Origin: Sediminibacterium sp.
GTDB taxonomy: Bacteria; Bacteroidota; Bacteroidia; Chitinophagales; Chitinophagaceae
DNA length: 57,533 nt
Assembly (NCBI GenBank): GCA_044354025.1
Contig: JBILAW010000001.1
Coordinates: 1 to 57,533 of the forward strand
Direction: 5' to 3'
The position numbers and the translations under genes are program-made. A model generated the notes under the pieces. That model saw nothing but the letters and a program-made list of their open reading frames with translations, searched no databases and had not been told where the DNA came from. Shown piece after piece: positions 42,920-52,500 of this stretch (position 1 is the first letter of the stretch; every line of letters starts with the position of its first letter).

Positions 42920-43525
42920 CTATTTCACACCCTTCCCAATTTCAACAGGACTTAATAACCTCGCATGATCCAATAGCTCCACAATCGCCATGGTTTTTCT
43001 TGACTTTAAATCGCTTAGCCCTTTTAAAATAGAGTAGGAGTCCTTCAATAAATAAAACACATTGGTAGTGAGGTTCAGTGTTTTGGGCTTATTGTATAAT
43101 GTAGGTGCAATTTGAGTTTGATACAATGCATCTATTGCTGCAAAACTTTCCACATGTGCTTCTATCAATGGATAACTTGCCACATTTAATGTTGGTTCTT
43201 TTTGCACATAACACCATGCGTCTAATTGTTTAAATGCTTTAGGAGTATTTTTTGTGATGAGGGTACTACTTAGTTGATACACAAATCCGTCTATTTTCCA
43301 GCGCATGGTATTGTATAACGCAAGTGCACTATCCCTTTTTGCTGAATTGGTTTCATTTTTGATCTGAGTGGTTAAATACAATTCGGTACTGTATTTAATT
43401 TCAATGAGTCTACTCATTAGGCCTTGTTGAGGCTGCGCAAGCGCAGCCCCATAGTTCAACAACAGCATCATCACAAAACCTAGAATGATTTTATTAGGCG
43501 AGATAGTTTTTAAATTTATTTTCAT
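42920..43525 (-). CDS. Hypothetical secreted alpha-helical protein
   Basis: Signal peptide (..GAALA|QPQ); 51 bp downstream of the metacaspase on the same strand; a paralogous fragment lies at 54358-54495. Confidence 0.75.
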   Translation of the reverse strand: MKINLKTISPNKIILGFVMMLLLNYGAALAQPQQGLMSRLIEIKYSTELYLTTQIKNETNSAKRDSALALYNTMRWKIDGFVYQLSSTLITKNTPKAFKQLDAWCYVQKEPTLNVASYPLIEAHVESFAAIDALYQTQIAPTLYNKPKTLNLTTNVFYLLKDSYSILKGLSDLKSRKTMAIVELLDHARLLSPVEIGKGVK

Positions 43526-43576
43526 AAGTATGAATTAAAATATTAATTAATTATTCAGTTGATTATTTATTTGATT

Positions 43577-44389
43577 TTATGTAAAGAATTTTTCAGACTT
43601 CAATAACCCTTCGCTCTGTGGATTTTGATCATAGTCATTATCCATTAAATCCATGTTCACGTATTTTACAATGTCCTGCATGCTTGCATCCTGCCCGTAT
43701 AGGCTTAGATTTTTGATTAGATAATGGGTAAACGCGCCATTGAATCGGTTATTGATATACGCATCTGCGCTTAACTGATGCGAAGCACATCCACTTAACA
43801 ATGCACCACGCAAAGGGATGGGTGCGGCACTGAGGCTTGAGACTGGTGAACTGACGCTGTGTTGTGGTGCATGATTGAATCTTCGGAACTTTCTATCATT
43901 AGGTGCATCAAATGTTAAGCTATCAGCAATAACTTGCTTTCTGGATAAATCTTCTGAGTGGCAACTATCCGATATCCATACAAAATGCACGCCCTTGGGG
44001 ATGCTAGCAAAGAGCTTGGCAAATTCCTTATCACGAATGGCCGTTTTGTTGGCATCCGCATCACTAAAGTCATATGGGCAGATAATCTCATCCAATCCGT
44101 CTTTTTCAAAAGCATGTCCCTTGCTAGGGAGCTGTGCCCCGTGTCCACTATAATGAAAGAGTAGTTGATCTCCTGCACTAGCCCCCAATAACAACCAATT
44201 TAAATGGTCTAATATACTTTTTTTAGTGGCCCTACTATCTGTGAGTGTTTTAATATTTTCTTTTGCATAGACTTTATTTTTTGAAGCAATAAAATATTCC
44301 ATATCTACAATATCATTAATGCATCCCCTTAAATTATTATTGGGATTTGGATAGGCATTGATCCCAACAAGTAGCGCTTTGTTATTCAT
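43577..44389 (-). CDS. Caspase family (peptidase C14) metacaspase
   Basis: KALLVGINAY, LRGCINDI, YSGHG (catalytic His), DEIICPYD, SDSCHS (catalytic Cys), GAFT, QNPQ. Confidence 0.93.
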   Translation of the reverse strand: MNNKALLVGINAYPNPNNNLRGCINDIVDMEYFIASKNKVYAKENIKTLTDSRATKKSILDHLNWLLLGASAGDQLLFHYSGHGAQLPSKGHAFEKDGLDEIICPYDFSDADANKTAIRDKEFAKLFASIPKGVHFVWISDSCHSEDLSRKQVIADSLTFDAPNDRKFRRFNHAPQHSVSSPVSSLSAAPIPLRGALLSGCASHQLSADAYINNRFNGAFTHYLIKNLSLYGQDASMQDIVKYVNMDLMDNDYDQNPQSEGLLKSEKFFT

Positions 44390-44436
44390 AAATAAATTAT
44401 TTGGTTGATTAAATCTAGGATTAAAATTTGCAGTAC

Positions 44437-44444
44437 CAAACTTA
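44437..44444 (-). promoter_or_regulatory. Candidate -7 promoter element for the metacaspase operon
   Basis: TAAGTTTG on the minus strand, about 48 nt upstream of the ATG. Confidence 0.4.
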
Positions 44445-44568
44445 AATGATACATTTACTAAAACGCTTAAAGTCCTTTAATAGAAAGGATTCTAGGTCAT
44501 TGTAGCAAACGATTACTACGCTTGATGCACTACTTTTTTCTCATTGAAAATATTCTAAAAAATAATTT

Positions 44569-45000
44569 ATGATTAAATCAACACCAATGCCTTTATTCAA
44601 GAGTTTATTGCTTTTTTGCATTGCTTTTGTTTTATTTTTTACCACAGCTCCTTTTGGTTTTTTATATGCAGTGGTGCGTCAAAGTCTGGTAAAAAGAGTG
44701 CACTCATTATCCATTTATTTTTTAGAATTGGCTTTGGCTTTAGACAATGCGGGCAACGTACTCATGCAACATGTATTAAACGATGCGCTTTTAATTTAAA
44801 ATCAAAACACTTATTTGTTTGGCAACAAAATGGAAACCATTAGCAGTGTGATTGGTAAAAACCTAGTCACCCATACCCTTAGCCCAGCTGGAGTTTTGTT
44901 AAACAACTTTTTACATTGGATAGATAAAGACCATTCCTTGAACTCTATTAATTACGAAGTGCGGCTGTGGAAGGCAAAACAGGCAGCTAAAAACCTCTAA
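44569..45000 (+). pseudogene. Phage-like small membrane protein gene interrupted by an in-frame TAA (44797-44799)
   Basis: ORFs 44569-44799 and 44815-45000 share one frame: LDNAGNV..LLI*NQNTYLFGNKMETISSVIGKN..IDKDH. Confidence 0.75.
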
Positions 45001-45159
45001 AAGATTGATTATCAATAAATTTATAATAATTCATCATTATTTTGTGATGCCTGAATGCATTTTGCATCCTTTTGCTCCCTAACTTTACACCAGATTGAGT
45101 AGATTTAATTCACCTCTTCAAATCAACCCCCCTAAGAATTGATAGATCATAATACAAGT

Positions 45160-47061
45160 ATGTTTAAGATTAACAATTTTAGCATTGTACCTAAGTATAT
45201 AATTTTTTTATTAGACTTGGGCGCAACCGTGACTGCCTTATTCATTGCAATTTTGATTCAACAAAATGTGGCCCTAGCTGCAACCAATTGGCCGCATGTG
45301 TTGAATGCCACTTTATTAATGTTGTTGGTGAATGCATTGGTTTTTTCTGCCACTAAATCTTATACTGGTATTGTGCGTTACACTGGTGTGCAGGACGCAC
45401 TCCGCATTGCGATTGCTGTGGGTTTATCTTCTTTCATTATTTTAGTCATTAACACCGTAGCATTAGGCATTAGTACTATTTTGTCAATGACGACTTTGGT
45501 CATTGTATTATACACCATTTTTAGTTTTTTATTCTTGATCAGTTATAGGGTATTGATTAAATATCTTTTTGCTTATGCTAAGAATTATAAAATGCAAAAA
45601 AAATCGGTGGTGATTTTTGGAGCTGCAGCGACTGGTGTAGCTACACAGCGCGTACTTGAGAACGATGGCCTTGCTAATATTCAAGTGATTGCATTTATTG
45701 ATGATGACAGAAAAAAGGGCAGTAAAAATTTAAATGGTGCACCCATTCTTTCTTTCAATGAGTTTAAAGAGATGGTGGCTATTAAGCCTGTGGATGAATT
45801 AATTATTGCGACCTATACCTTACCAACCAAACGTAAAAACGAATTGGTTGATTTTTGTTTAGACCATGACATTAAAGTATTAAGTGTACCTGCATATTCA
45901 AAATGGGCAGAAGGTAAGTTCTCTAGTAGACAATTACAGTCTATTAAAATCGAAGATTTATTGGAGCGTGACCCAATTCAAATTAATAACAACCAAATTA
46001 AAGCACAGATTAAAGGCAAACGTATTTTAGTCACTGGTGCTGCTGGTTCTATTGGTTCCGAGATTGTGCGTCAGCTAATTCCTTATAGTCCCGAAGTGAT
46101 TATATTATGTGATCAGGCCGAGACGCCACTACATAATCTTGAACTAGAATTAAAAGAAAACGGCACACGTATTAATTGTGTGAGCTATTTGGCGGATGTG
46201 ACCAACAAAACAAGGATGCAAAAATTATTTGAGGAATTTGAACCTCAATACGTTTACCATGCTGCTGCATATAAGCACGTACCGATGATGGAACTTTGTC
46301 CTACCGAAGCAGTGCGTAACAATGTAATTGGTGTAAAAATAATCGCAGACTTAGCCATCCAACATAAAGTAGAACGTTTTGTGATGATTTCTACCGATAA
46401 AGCGGTGAACCCGACCAACGTGATGGGAGCTTCTAAGCGTATGGCGGAGATGTATGTGCAAGCCTTATCCAATCAGCCAGATTTAGCTACTAAATTCATC
46501 ACCACCCGTTTTGGGAATGTACTTGGCTCTAATGGTTCTGTAATCATTCGTTTTAAAGAACAGATTGAAAAAGGCGGCCCTGTGACTGTGACCCATCCTA
46601 ATATCACTAGGTACTTTATGACCATCCCTGAAGCTTGTCAATTGGTGTTGGAAGCAGGAAGTATGGGTAATGGAGGTGAGATTTTTGTATTTGATATGGG
46701 TAAGCCTGTGGCCATTGCAGATTTAGCGCGTAAGATGATTCGTTTATATGGATTGATTCCAAACATTGATGTAAACATTACATACAGCGGTTTACGTCCT
46801 GGTGAAAAACTATACGAGGAACTATTAAACGACGCAGAAAATACGACTCAGACCTACCACGAAAAGATTTTAATTGCTCAAGTACGTGAAGTGTCATTTG
46901 AAATGGTGAAACAAAACACCTTAGAACTAGAGACCATTTTAAGCACCACCAACGACGAGATGTTATTGGTAGGAAAAATGAAAGAGCTCGTTCCAGAATA
47001 CATCAGTAATAATAGTATTTATCAGCAATTGGATACCAAGGTGATTTCGATTTCGAATTAA
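45160..47061 (+). CDS. Membrane-bound UDP-GlcNAc 4,6-dehydratase (CapD/WbpM/PglF)
   Basis: Four TM helices, IEDLLER, TGAAGSIGSE, HAAAYKHVP, STDKAVNPTNVMGASK; start probably ATG at 45160. Confidence 0.93.
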   Translation: MFKINNFSIVPKYIIFLLDLGATVTALFIAILIQQNVALAATNWPHVLNATLLMLLVNALVFSATKSYTGIVRYTGVQDALRIAIAVGLSSFIILVINTVALGISTILSMTTLVIVLYTIFSFLFLISYRVLIKYLFAYAKNYKMQKKSVVIFGAAATGVATQRVLENDGLANIQVIAFIDDDRKKGSKNLNGAPILSFNEFKEMVAIKPVDELIIATYTLPTKRKNELVDFCLDHDIKVLSVPAYSKWAEGKFSSRQLQSIKIEDLLERDPIQINNNQIKAQIKGKRILVTGAAGSIGSEIVRQLIPYSPEVIILCDQAETPLHNLELELKENGTRINCVSYLADVTNKTRMQKLFEEFEPQYVYHAAAYKHVPMMELCPTEAVRNNVIGVKIIADLAIQHKVERFVMISTDKAVNPTNVMGASKRMAEMYVQALSNQPDLATKFITTRFGNVLGSNGSVIIRFKEQIEKGGPVTVTHPNITRYFMTIPEACQLVLEAGSMGNGGEIFVFDMGKPVAIADLARKMIRLYGLIPNIDVNITYSGLRPGEKLYEELLNDAENTTQTYHEKILIAQVREVSFEMVKQNTLELETILSTTNDEMLLVGKMKELVPEYISNNSIYQQLDTKVISISN

Positions 47062-47303
47062 TACAATCCTTACCTAAATTTATTAGGTTTCATTTTTACA
47101 GCTTTAGTATTTAGCTACAGTTTAATGAATTGTATAATTAATATATTATATATATTTACTATATAATTGTAAATTATAATTTATTTATATTATTTATTTT
47201 AAAAATATAGATAAATTATAATATATTTGATTCATTAAGATTAAACTGTAGATTTTGTTTAATGCTTAAATCATTCATTTTTTAAACATTTAAAGAAGCT
47301 ATT

Positions 47304-48008
47304 ATGAAAAAAATTAATTTAATCCTATTTGTTACTATTGTAACACTTGCAACTGTAAGTTGTGCTAAAGATGGGGCTACTGGTCCTGCCGGTGCAACTG
47401 GCCCTGCTGGTGCTGCTGGTGCTGCTGGTGCTGCTGGTGCTACTGGTTCAGCTGGTCCTGCTGGTGCCACTGGTGCAACTGGAACCGCCAATGTCATTTA
47501 TTCTGACTGGTTCAACTTTAAGTTATCAGATTATAAAGACACCGTAATGTTTCATATAAATCAAAATGCTTTAAGAGCAAACAAATCTGCACCTTCCTTA
47601 ACAGCTACGCATCTTTCAAGTGCTGTGATCCTTTCATATATGGCACATAAACCACTAACTACTCAAAACTGGTTTGTTCCTTTACCATATATATTTGACG
47701 GAGGAGATTTTAATTTTCAAGTAAGCTTTACACCTCAGACTGGTAAATTTATTTACCACTGGATAATAGATGGCGGTATTGAAGATTATACTAAATGGGG
47801 CAGTGATCCAAATGATTGGTTTGGAACAGATGATGAGTTAGCTCCTGCAGATATTTATTTTAGATATGTTATCATCCCAGGAGGCGTTAGAGCGACTTCA
47901 AATGTGGCCAATACAGGTTATACAGTGGCGCAACTACAATCTATGAAGGGAGAACAGATTGAAAAAATCTTTAACATTCCTTCTAGAGGAACCAACATTC
48001 CAAAATAG
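47304..48008 (+). CDS. Collagen-like (Gly-X-Y) lipoprotein
   Basis: Lipobox TVSC, 13 G-X-Y triplets, then ANVIYSDW and a C-terminal FRYVIIPGG. Confidence 0.85.
   Translation: MKKINLILFVTIVTLATVSCAKDGATGPAGATGPAGAAGAAGAAGATGSAGPAGATGATGTANVIYSDWFNFKLSDYKDTVMFHINQNALRANKSAPSLTATHLSSAVILSYMAHKPLTTQNWFVPLPYIFDGGDFNFQVSFTPQTGKFIYHWIIDGGIEDYTKWGSDPNDWFGTDDELAPADIYFRYVIIPGGVRATSNVANTGYTVAQLQSMKGEQIEKIFNIPSRGTNIPK
47404..47441 (+). repeat. 9-bp tandem repeat (CTGCTGGTG)x4 within the collagen region
   Basis: Read directly from the sequence. Confidence 0.85.
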
Positions 48009-48046
48009 TATATTATACCATAAAGTATAAACATCACTTCCTTTTT

Positions 48047-48077
48047 AAAACCCGATAAGTTGCTTATCGGGTTTTTT
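48047..48077 (+). terminator. Intrinsic terminator
   Basis: AAAACCCGATAAG-ttg-CTTATCGGGTTTT followed by T residues. Confidence 0.85.
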
Positions 48078-48095
48078 GTTTCAGTATATTTGTAG

Positions 48096-48851
48096 ATGCA
48101 TCAGCGCGTAAATATTTTAGGTACACAGGTAAGTTCTATCACTGCTTCAGATTTGCTTGCTGATTTTAAGACTGCAATTCAAGCAAAAAAATTGATTCAA
48201 GTGGCCATTACACCCGTGAATTCTATTCTTGCTGCATATAAAAATCCACAGGTTCAAGATGCATACAATACTGCGGATTATGTGGTTTGTGATGGTATGC
48301 CTGTAAAATGGGCAGCTTCTTTTTTAAATACCCCAATTGTTGAACGCATTACTGGATTAGACTTACTCCCAAATCTTGTTGCTTTTGCTGCCAATGAAAA
48401 CTTTAGTTTGTTTTTATTAGGTGCTTCACCTGGTGTGGGTGAAAAATTGAAAGGGGTAATTTTACAACAATATCCTAATTGTAAAATAGTAGGAATTTAC
48501 GTGCCTCCTTTTATGCCCGTATTTGACGCTGCAGAAAATAAAAAAATGGTGGACGCTGTGCATGCAGCTGCTCCGGATATTGTACTCATAAGTTTAACTG
48601 CCCCTAAACAAGATTTGTGGATCACGCAAAATAAAGCACAACTACATCCTGCATTGTATGTGGGCATTGGTGGTGCTTTTGAAGTGATGGCTGGATTGGC
48701 AAAACGTGCACCTAAGTGGATGCATGGTGCCGGCCTTGAATGGTTCTATCGTTTAATCCAAGAACCTAAAAGGATGTACCGCCGTTATTTAATAGAGGCC
48801 CCTTTGTTTATTCCACTGGTGATTAGGCAGAAGTTTTCTAGAAAAAAATAG
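48096..48851 (+). CDS. WecB/TagA/CpsF family glycosyltransferase
   Basis: CDGMP, ERITGLDL, APKQD, GIGGAF, RAPKWM..GLEWFYRL.QEPKR. Confidence 0.92.
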   Translation: MHQRVNILGTQVSSITASDLLADFKTAIQAKKLIQVAITPVNSILAAYKNPQVQDAYNTADYVVCDGMPVKWAASFLNTPIVERITGLDLLPNLVAFAANENFSLFLLGASPGVGEKLKGVILQQYPNCKIVGIYVPPFMPVFDAAENKKMVDAVHAAAPDIVLISLTAPKQDLWITQNKAQLHPALYVGIGGAFEVMAGLAKRAPKWMHGAGLEWFYRLIQEPKRMYRRYLIEAPLFIPLVIRQKFSRKK

Positions 48852-48929
48852 AACAGTTTATTTACCAATTGAATATAGAAATACAATTAGCAGAGCTAAG
48901 AAGCCAATCTAATTTTAGTTTTTCTTTGA

Positions 48930-48970
48930 AAAAAGAGAATGCCGCAGTTTTACTGCGGCATTCTCTTTTT
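48930..48970. terminator. Bidirectional intrinsic terminator (19-bp perfect stem)
   Basis: AAAAAGAGAATGCCGCAGT-ttt-ACTGCGGCATTCTCTTTTT. Confidence 0.88.
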
Positions 48971-49051
48971 ATATATATATATTTTATAATGTTATTTCAA
49001 TAATAGGTTGTATTTTTAGTTAAACATTCAAATTCATTCAATAGCATCATT

Positions 49052-49516
49052 TTGAATAAATATTTATTAATCATCTTGTTCCTTGCATTTAGTTTTGCAG
49101 CTACTTCGCAGGAAAAAAGTTTTTTTGAGAACCCTAGGAATTATTTAATAAATGGGACCTATCAGAAATACCAATCTGCTATGGGTTCTGGCACAGGATT
49201 CATTATTTATATTAGTATACCCAAAAAAATAATTGATCAAAAATTCGTGATCGATTCTGTTTTTATCAATAATGAACCCATTGCATTTACGCTTAAAGAC
49301 AATGAAGGCACTTTAATTGAATTGAATGTATACTTTCCATCAGAAAAGCCAGTCTTTAATGATGGGGTAGAAAACATAAAAAATGAAAAAAGCAAATCCA
49401 ATATTTCGTCAATAAATTGTTTTTTTTATATTAAGAAGAAATCAAAAAGGTATAAGTTACAGGTTAGTGGTTATGAATTAATACACAATTTAAAAAAGTC
49501 AACATATGAATTATAA
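49052..49516 (+). CDS. Hypothetical exported protein
   Basis: Signal peptide, TTG start, overlaps the start of the T9SS gene. Confidence 0.6.
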   Translation: MNKYLLIILFLAFSFAATSQEKSFFENPRNYLINGTYQKYQSAMGSGTGFIIYISIPKKIIDQKFVIDSVFINNEPIAFTLKDNEGTLIELNVYFPSEKPVFNDGVENIKNEKSKSNISSINCFFYIKKKSKRYKLQVSGYELIHNLKKSTYEL

Positions 49517-52500
49517 AAATAGTAAATACATTTTTTTAATTGCGCTTATTGTATTCATATCAATCAATAAGTATTTTAATAATAAGCAAAGCTTTCAAAG
49601 TCTTCAACAAGCTACTCGTATAGAAAAAGCAACAATCGTAGAGCACAAATCATCTGTTGTAAAGCCTGAGAAAAAGGGTACAAAAAAAAGCATCAAAAAA
49701 AGTATCAATAAAATTCATCAAGAAGATAATTTTCAAGCAATTACTGGGGGCATAGAAGATGCCTTTTTACAGGAGTTTAATAAGACAATGAATTTACAGC
49801 TAAAAAGACCAACGCCTGAAGTATTACCCGAAATCATAGAACAGAACTTCATTAAGGCACAAACACAAAAAACCACTTATGCAATACCAGGTTCCTCTTC
49901 AAGTGCTTCTTGGGTTGAATTAGGCCCCAGTAATGTGAGTGGCAGAACAAGAGGACTCACTTGGGATCCCAACGATCCAACGGGCAAAAAAGTGTGGGCA
50001 GGTGGTGTCTCTGGTGGACTTTGGTATAATAATGATATTACGAATCTAAATTCATCTTGGAATAAAGTAGATGACTTTTGGCAAACACTTTCAATTAGTA
50101 AAATAGTCTTTGACACGATCAATAAAAAAACAGCCTATGTAAGCACGGGGGAAGGTTTTGGAGCTAGAGCTGGTATCGGTGCTGGAATATGGAAAACCAC
50201 GGACGGCGGCATCAACTGGGATAAATTAAGTGCTACCAATGGATTTTTGTATTCAAATGATATGACAATAAGAACTGAGAATAATAAAAGTGTCATTTAT
50301 GCAGCGATTGATGCTAATTTTTATATGGGAACCTTTTCAAGTACAACAAATGTAGGTTTATACAGATCGGCTGATAATGGGTTGACTTGGACACAAACAC
50401 TTCCAATCATTGACTCTGCTAACACTGCTAAAGTTCCTTTTGCACCTGCTTCAATTCAAATTAGTAAAAACAATAAAATTTGGGTGGGTACCAAAGCAAG
50501 CCCTAATGGTAATACCAATCGTGGAGGTGGATATATTTTATCATCCACTAATGGAACTGATTGGACAGTTGTTAAAAAGTTTACTGTAAACAATGGTTAT
50601 GGCAGGGTTTCAATTGCGGTAGCACCTTCTAACGCGAACGTCATTTATGCTTTTGTTGAAAATAATAATAAATTAGAAAATCTTTATAGATCGGACGACG
50701 AGGGATTGACTTGGGTAACACTTGCAAAGCCAAAAAATGATGAGTACCGTACACCTGCTGATGATTTTACAAGAGGCCAAGCTTGGTACGATCAAGCCAT
50801 TGCGGTTGATCCCAATAATCCCAATACGGTCATGGTAGGCGGAATTGATTTATTTAAATCAACAAACGGGGGTACTTCTTGGAATCAAATTAGCAAATGG
50901 TATAATTGGAATGCAAAGTATTCCTATGTGCATGCAGATCAACATGCCATTTTATATAAACCAAATTCATCTACCACTGCCTTGTTTGCCAATGATGGCG
51001 GTGTTTTTTATACGAATAATATTGGAGCTGCTGATACTGCCTCCGTCATAAGTCATGCATCAAAAGGATATAATGTAACTCAGTTTTATGCTGCAGCAAT
51101 ACATCCTGAAATTGGTAAAAACTTCTTTTTGGCGGGATCTCAAGACAATGGGACGCAAAGATTTACAAATCCTTTTTTTAGTAATACTACAGAGGTAACA
51201 GGTGGAGACGGGGCATTTTGTTTTATTGATCAAACGAATCCAAAGTTTCAAATCACCTCTTATGTTTATAATACATATTATTTATCGTCTGATTCAGGAA
51301 AGTCGTTCAGGCAAACTTTAGTTGATAATGATGATATTGGTTCTTTTATCAATCCAGCAACCTATGACAATAATTTACACATTTTATATGCCAATTCTTC
51401 TAATGATGATCTTGTTAGAGTAAAAAATATTACGAGTACACCTAAGTTAGATTATGTTAGTGTTCCTAGTCTTCAATCTTCTGTTACCGCACTTAAAGTA
51501 TCTCCTTACAATCAACTATCTACTACCATATTTTTAGGCACTAGCAATGGCAATTTATTAAAAGTAATTAATGCAGATAGTATACCAAGTACTACTTTAA
51601 TTGGTGGTGCAAGTTTTCCAAAGGGGAGTATTTCTTGCATTGAAATAGGCAGCAGTGAAAACGAGCTTGTTGTTACCTTTTTTAATTATGGGTCAAAAAA
51701 GATATGGTATACAAGTGACGGAGGTAAAACATGGCTTGATAAAATGGGAGACTTTCCCAATATTCCTGTTCGTTGGGCCTTGTTTAATCCCAATAAAACA
51801 CCTAGTCAACTAATCCTGGCAACTGAATTAGGTATTTATGCTACTAATAATTTTTTAAATACAAGCCCAACTTGGACGCAATCAAATAATGGTTTTGCGA
51901 ATGTTCGAACAGATATGTTACAATTACGTAATTCGGATTATCATGTAATTGCTGCTACCCATGGTAGAGGTTTGTATACTAGTAATGCATTTTCTGAGGG
52001 CAAGCCTCCTATCTTAAATTCTTTTAGCCCAAAAATTGGCCCAAGTGGTTCAAAAATAACTATTAAGGGATCCAATTTTTTAGCTACTACAGAAGTTCGA
52101 TTTGGTGGATTGCCTGCAAAATCATTTACGGTAGATTCGGACACCATTATCAATGCAGTTGTAGGACTTGCTTATCCAGGATATGTTAGTGTAAAAACAA
52201 ATGGTGGTATTGCATCCTTGGGTGGTTTTTCATCTAATCCACCTAAAATAACATCCTTTCTTCCAGCAAGCGGAGGGAACGGTATTCCAATTACGATCAA
52301 TGGATCCAACTTATCAGAAATAACAAGTCTTGTGATTGGCGGTAGGCTCGTTAAAAATTTTATAATTGAAAGTAGCAATAGAATTACTGCAGTCATTCCT
52401 GACTCAACAGTCAATGGTAAAGTTATTATTCAAAATGATGCTTTTGCTGACTCTTTGAGTGGCTTTACTACCTGTGCAACACCAGCGATTATTAATGGGG

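Noticed and set aside
42920-43525. Bacterial gasdermin next to the caspase
   Set aside because: It has a Sec signal peptide and looks alpha-helical, with no N-terminal Cys or beta-rich gasdermin pattern
45004-45016. ATTGAT-T-ATCAAT palindrome as an FNR site
   Set aside because: The spacer is 1 nt, not the 4 nt of TTGAT-N4-ATCAA; short and AT-rich, so it has little support
2481-52414. Many short antisense or alternate-frame ORFs (e.g. 2481-2675, 19458-19793, 43875-44153, 47282-47497, 47362-47547)
   Set aside because: They are shadows of well-supported genes or of the collagen repeat and show no independent motifs
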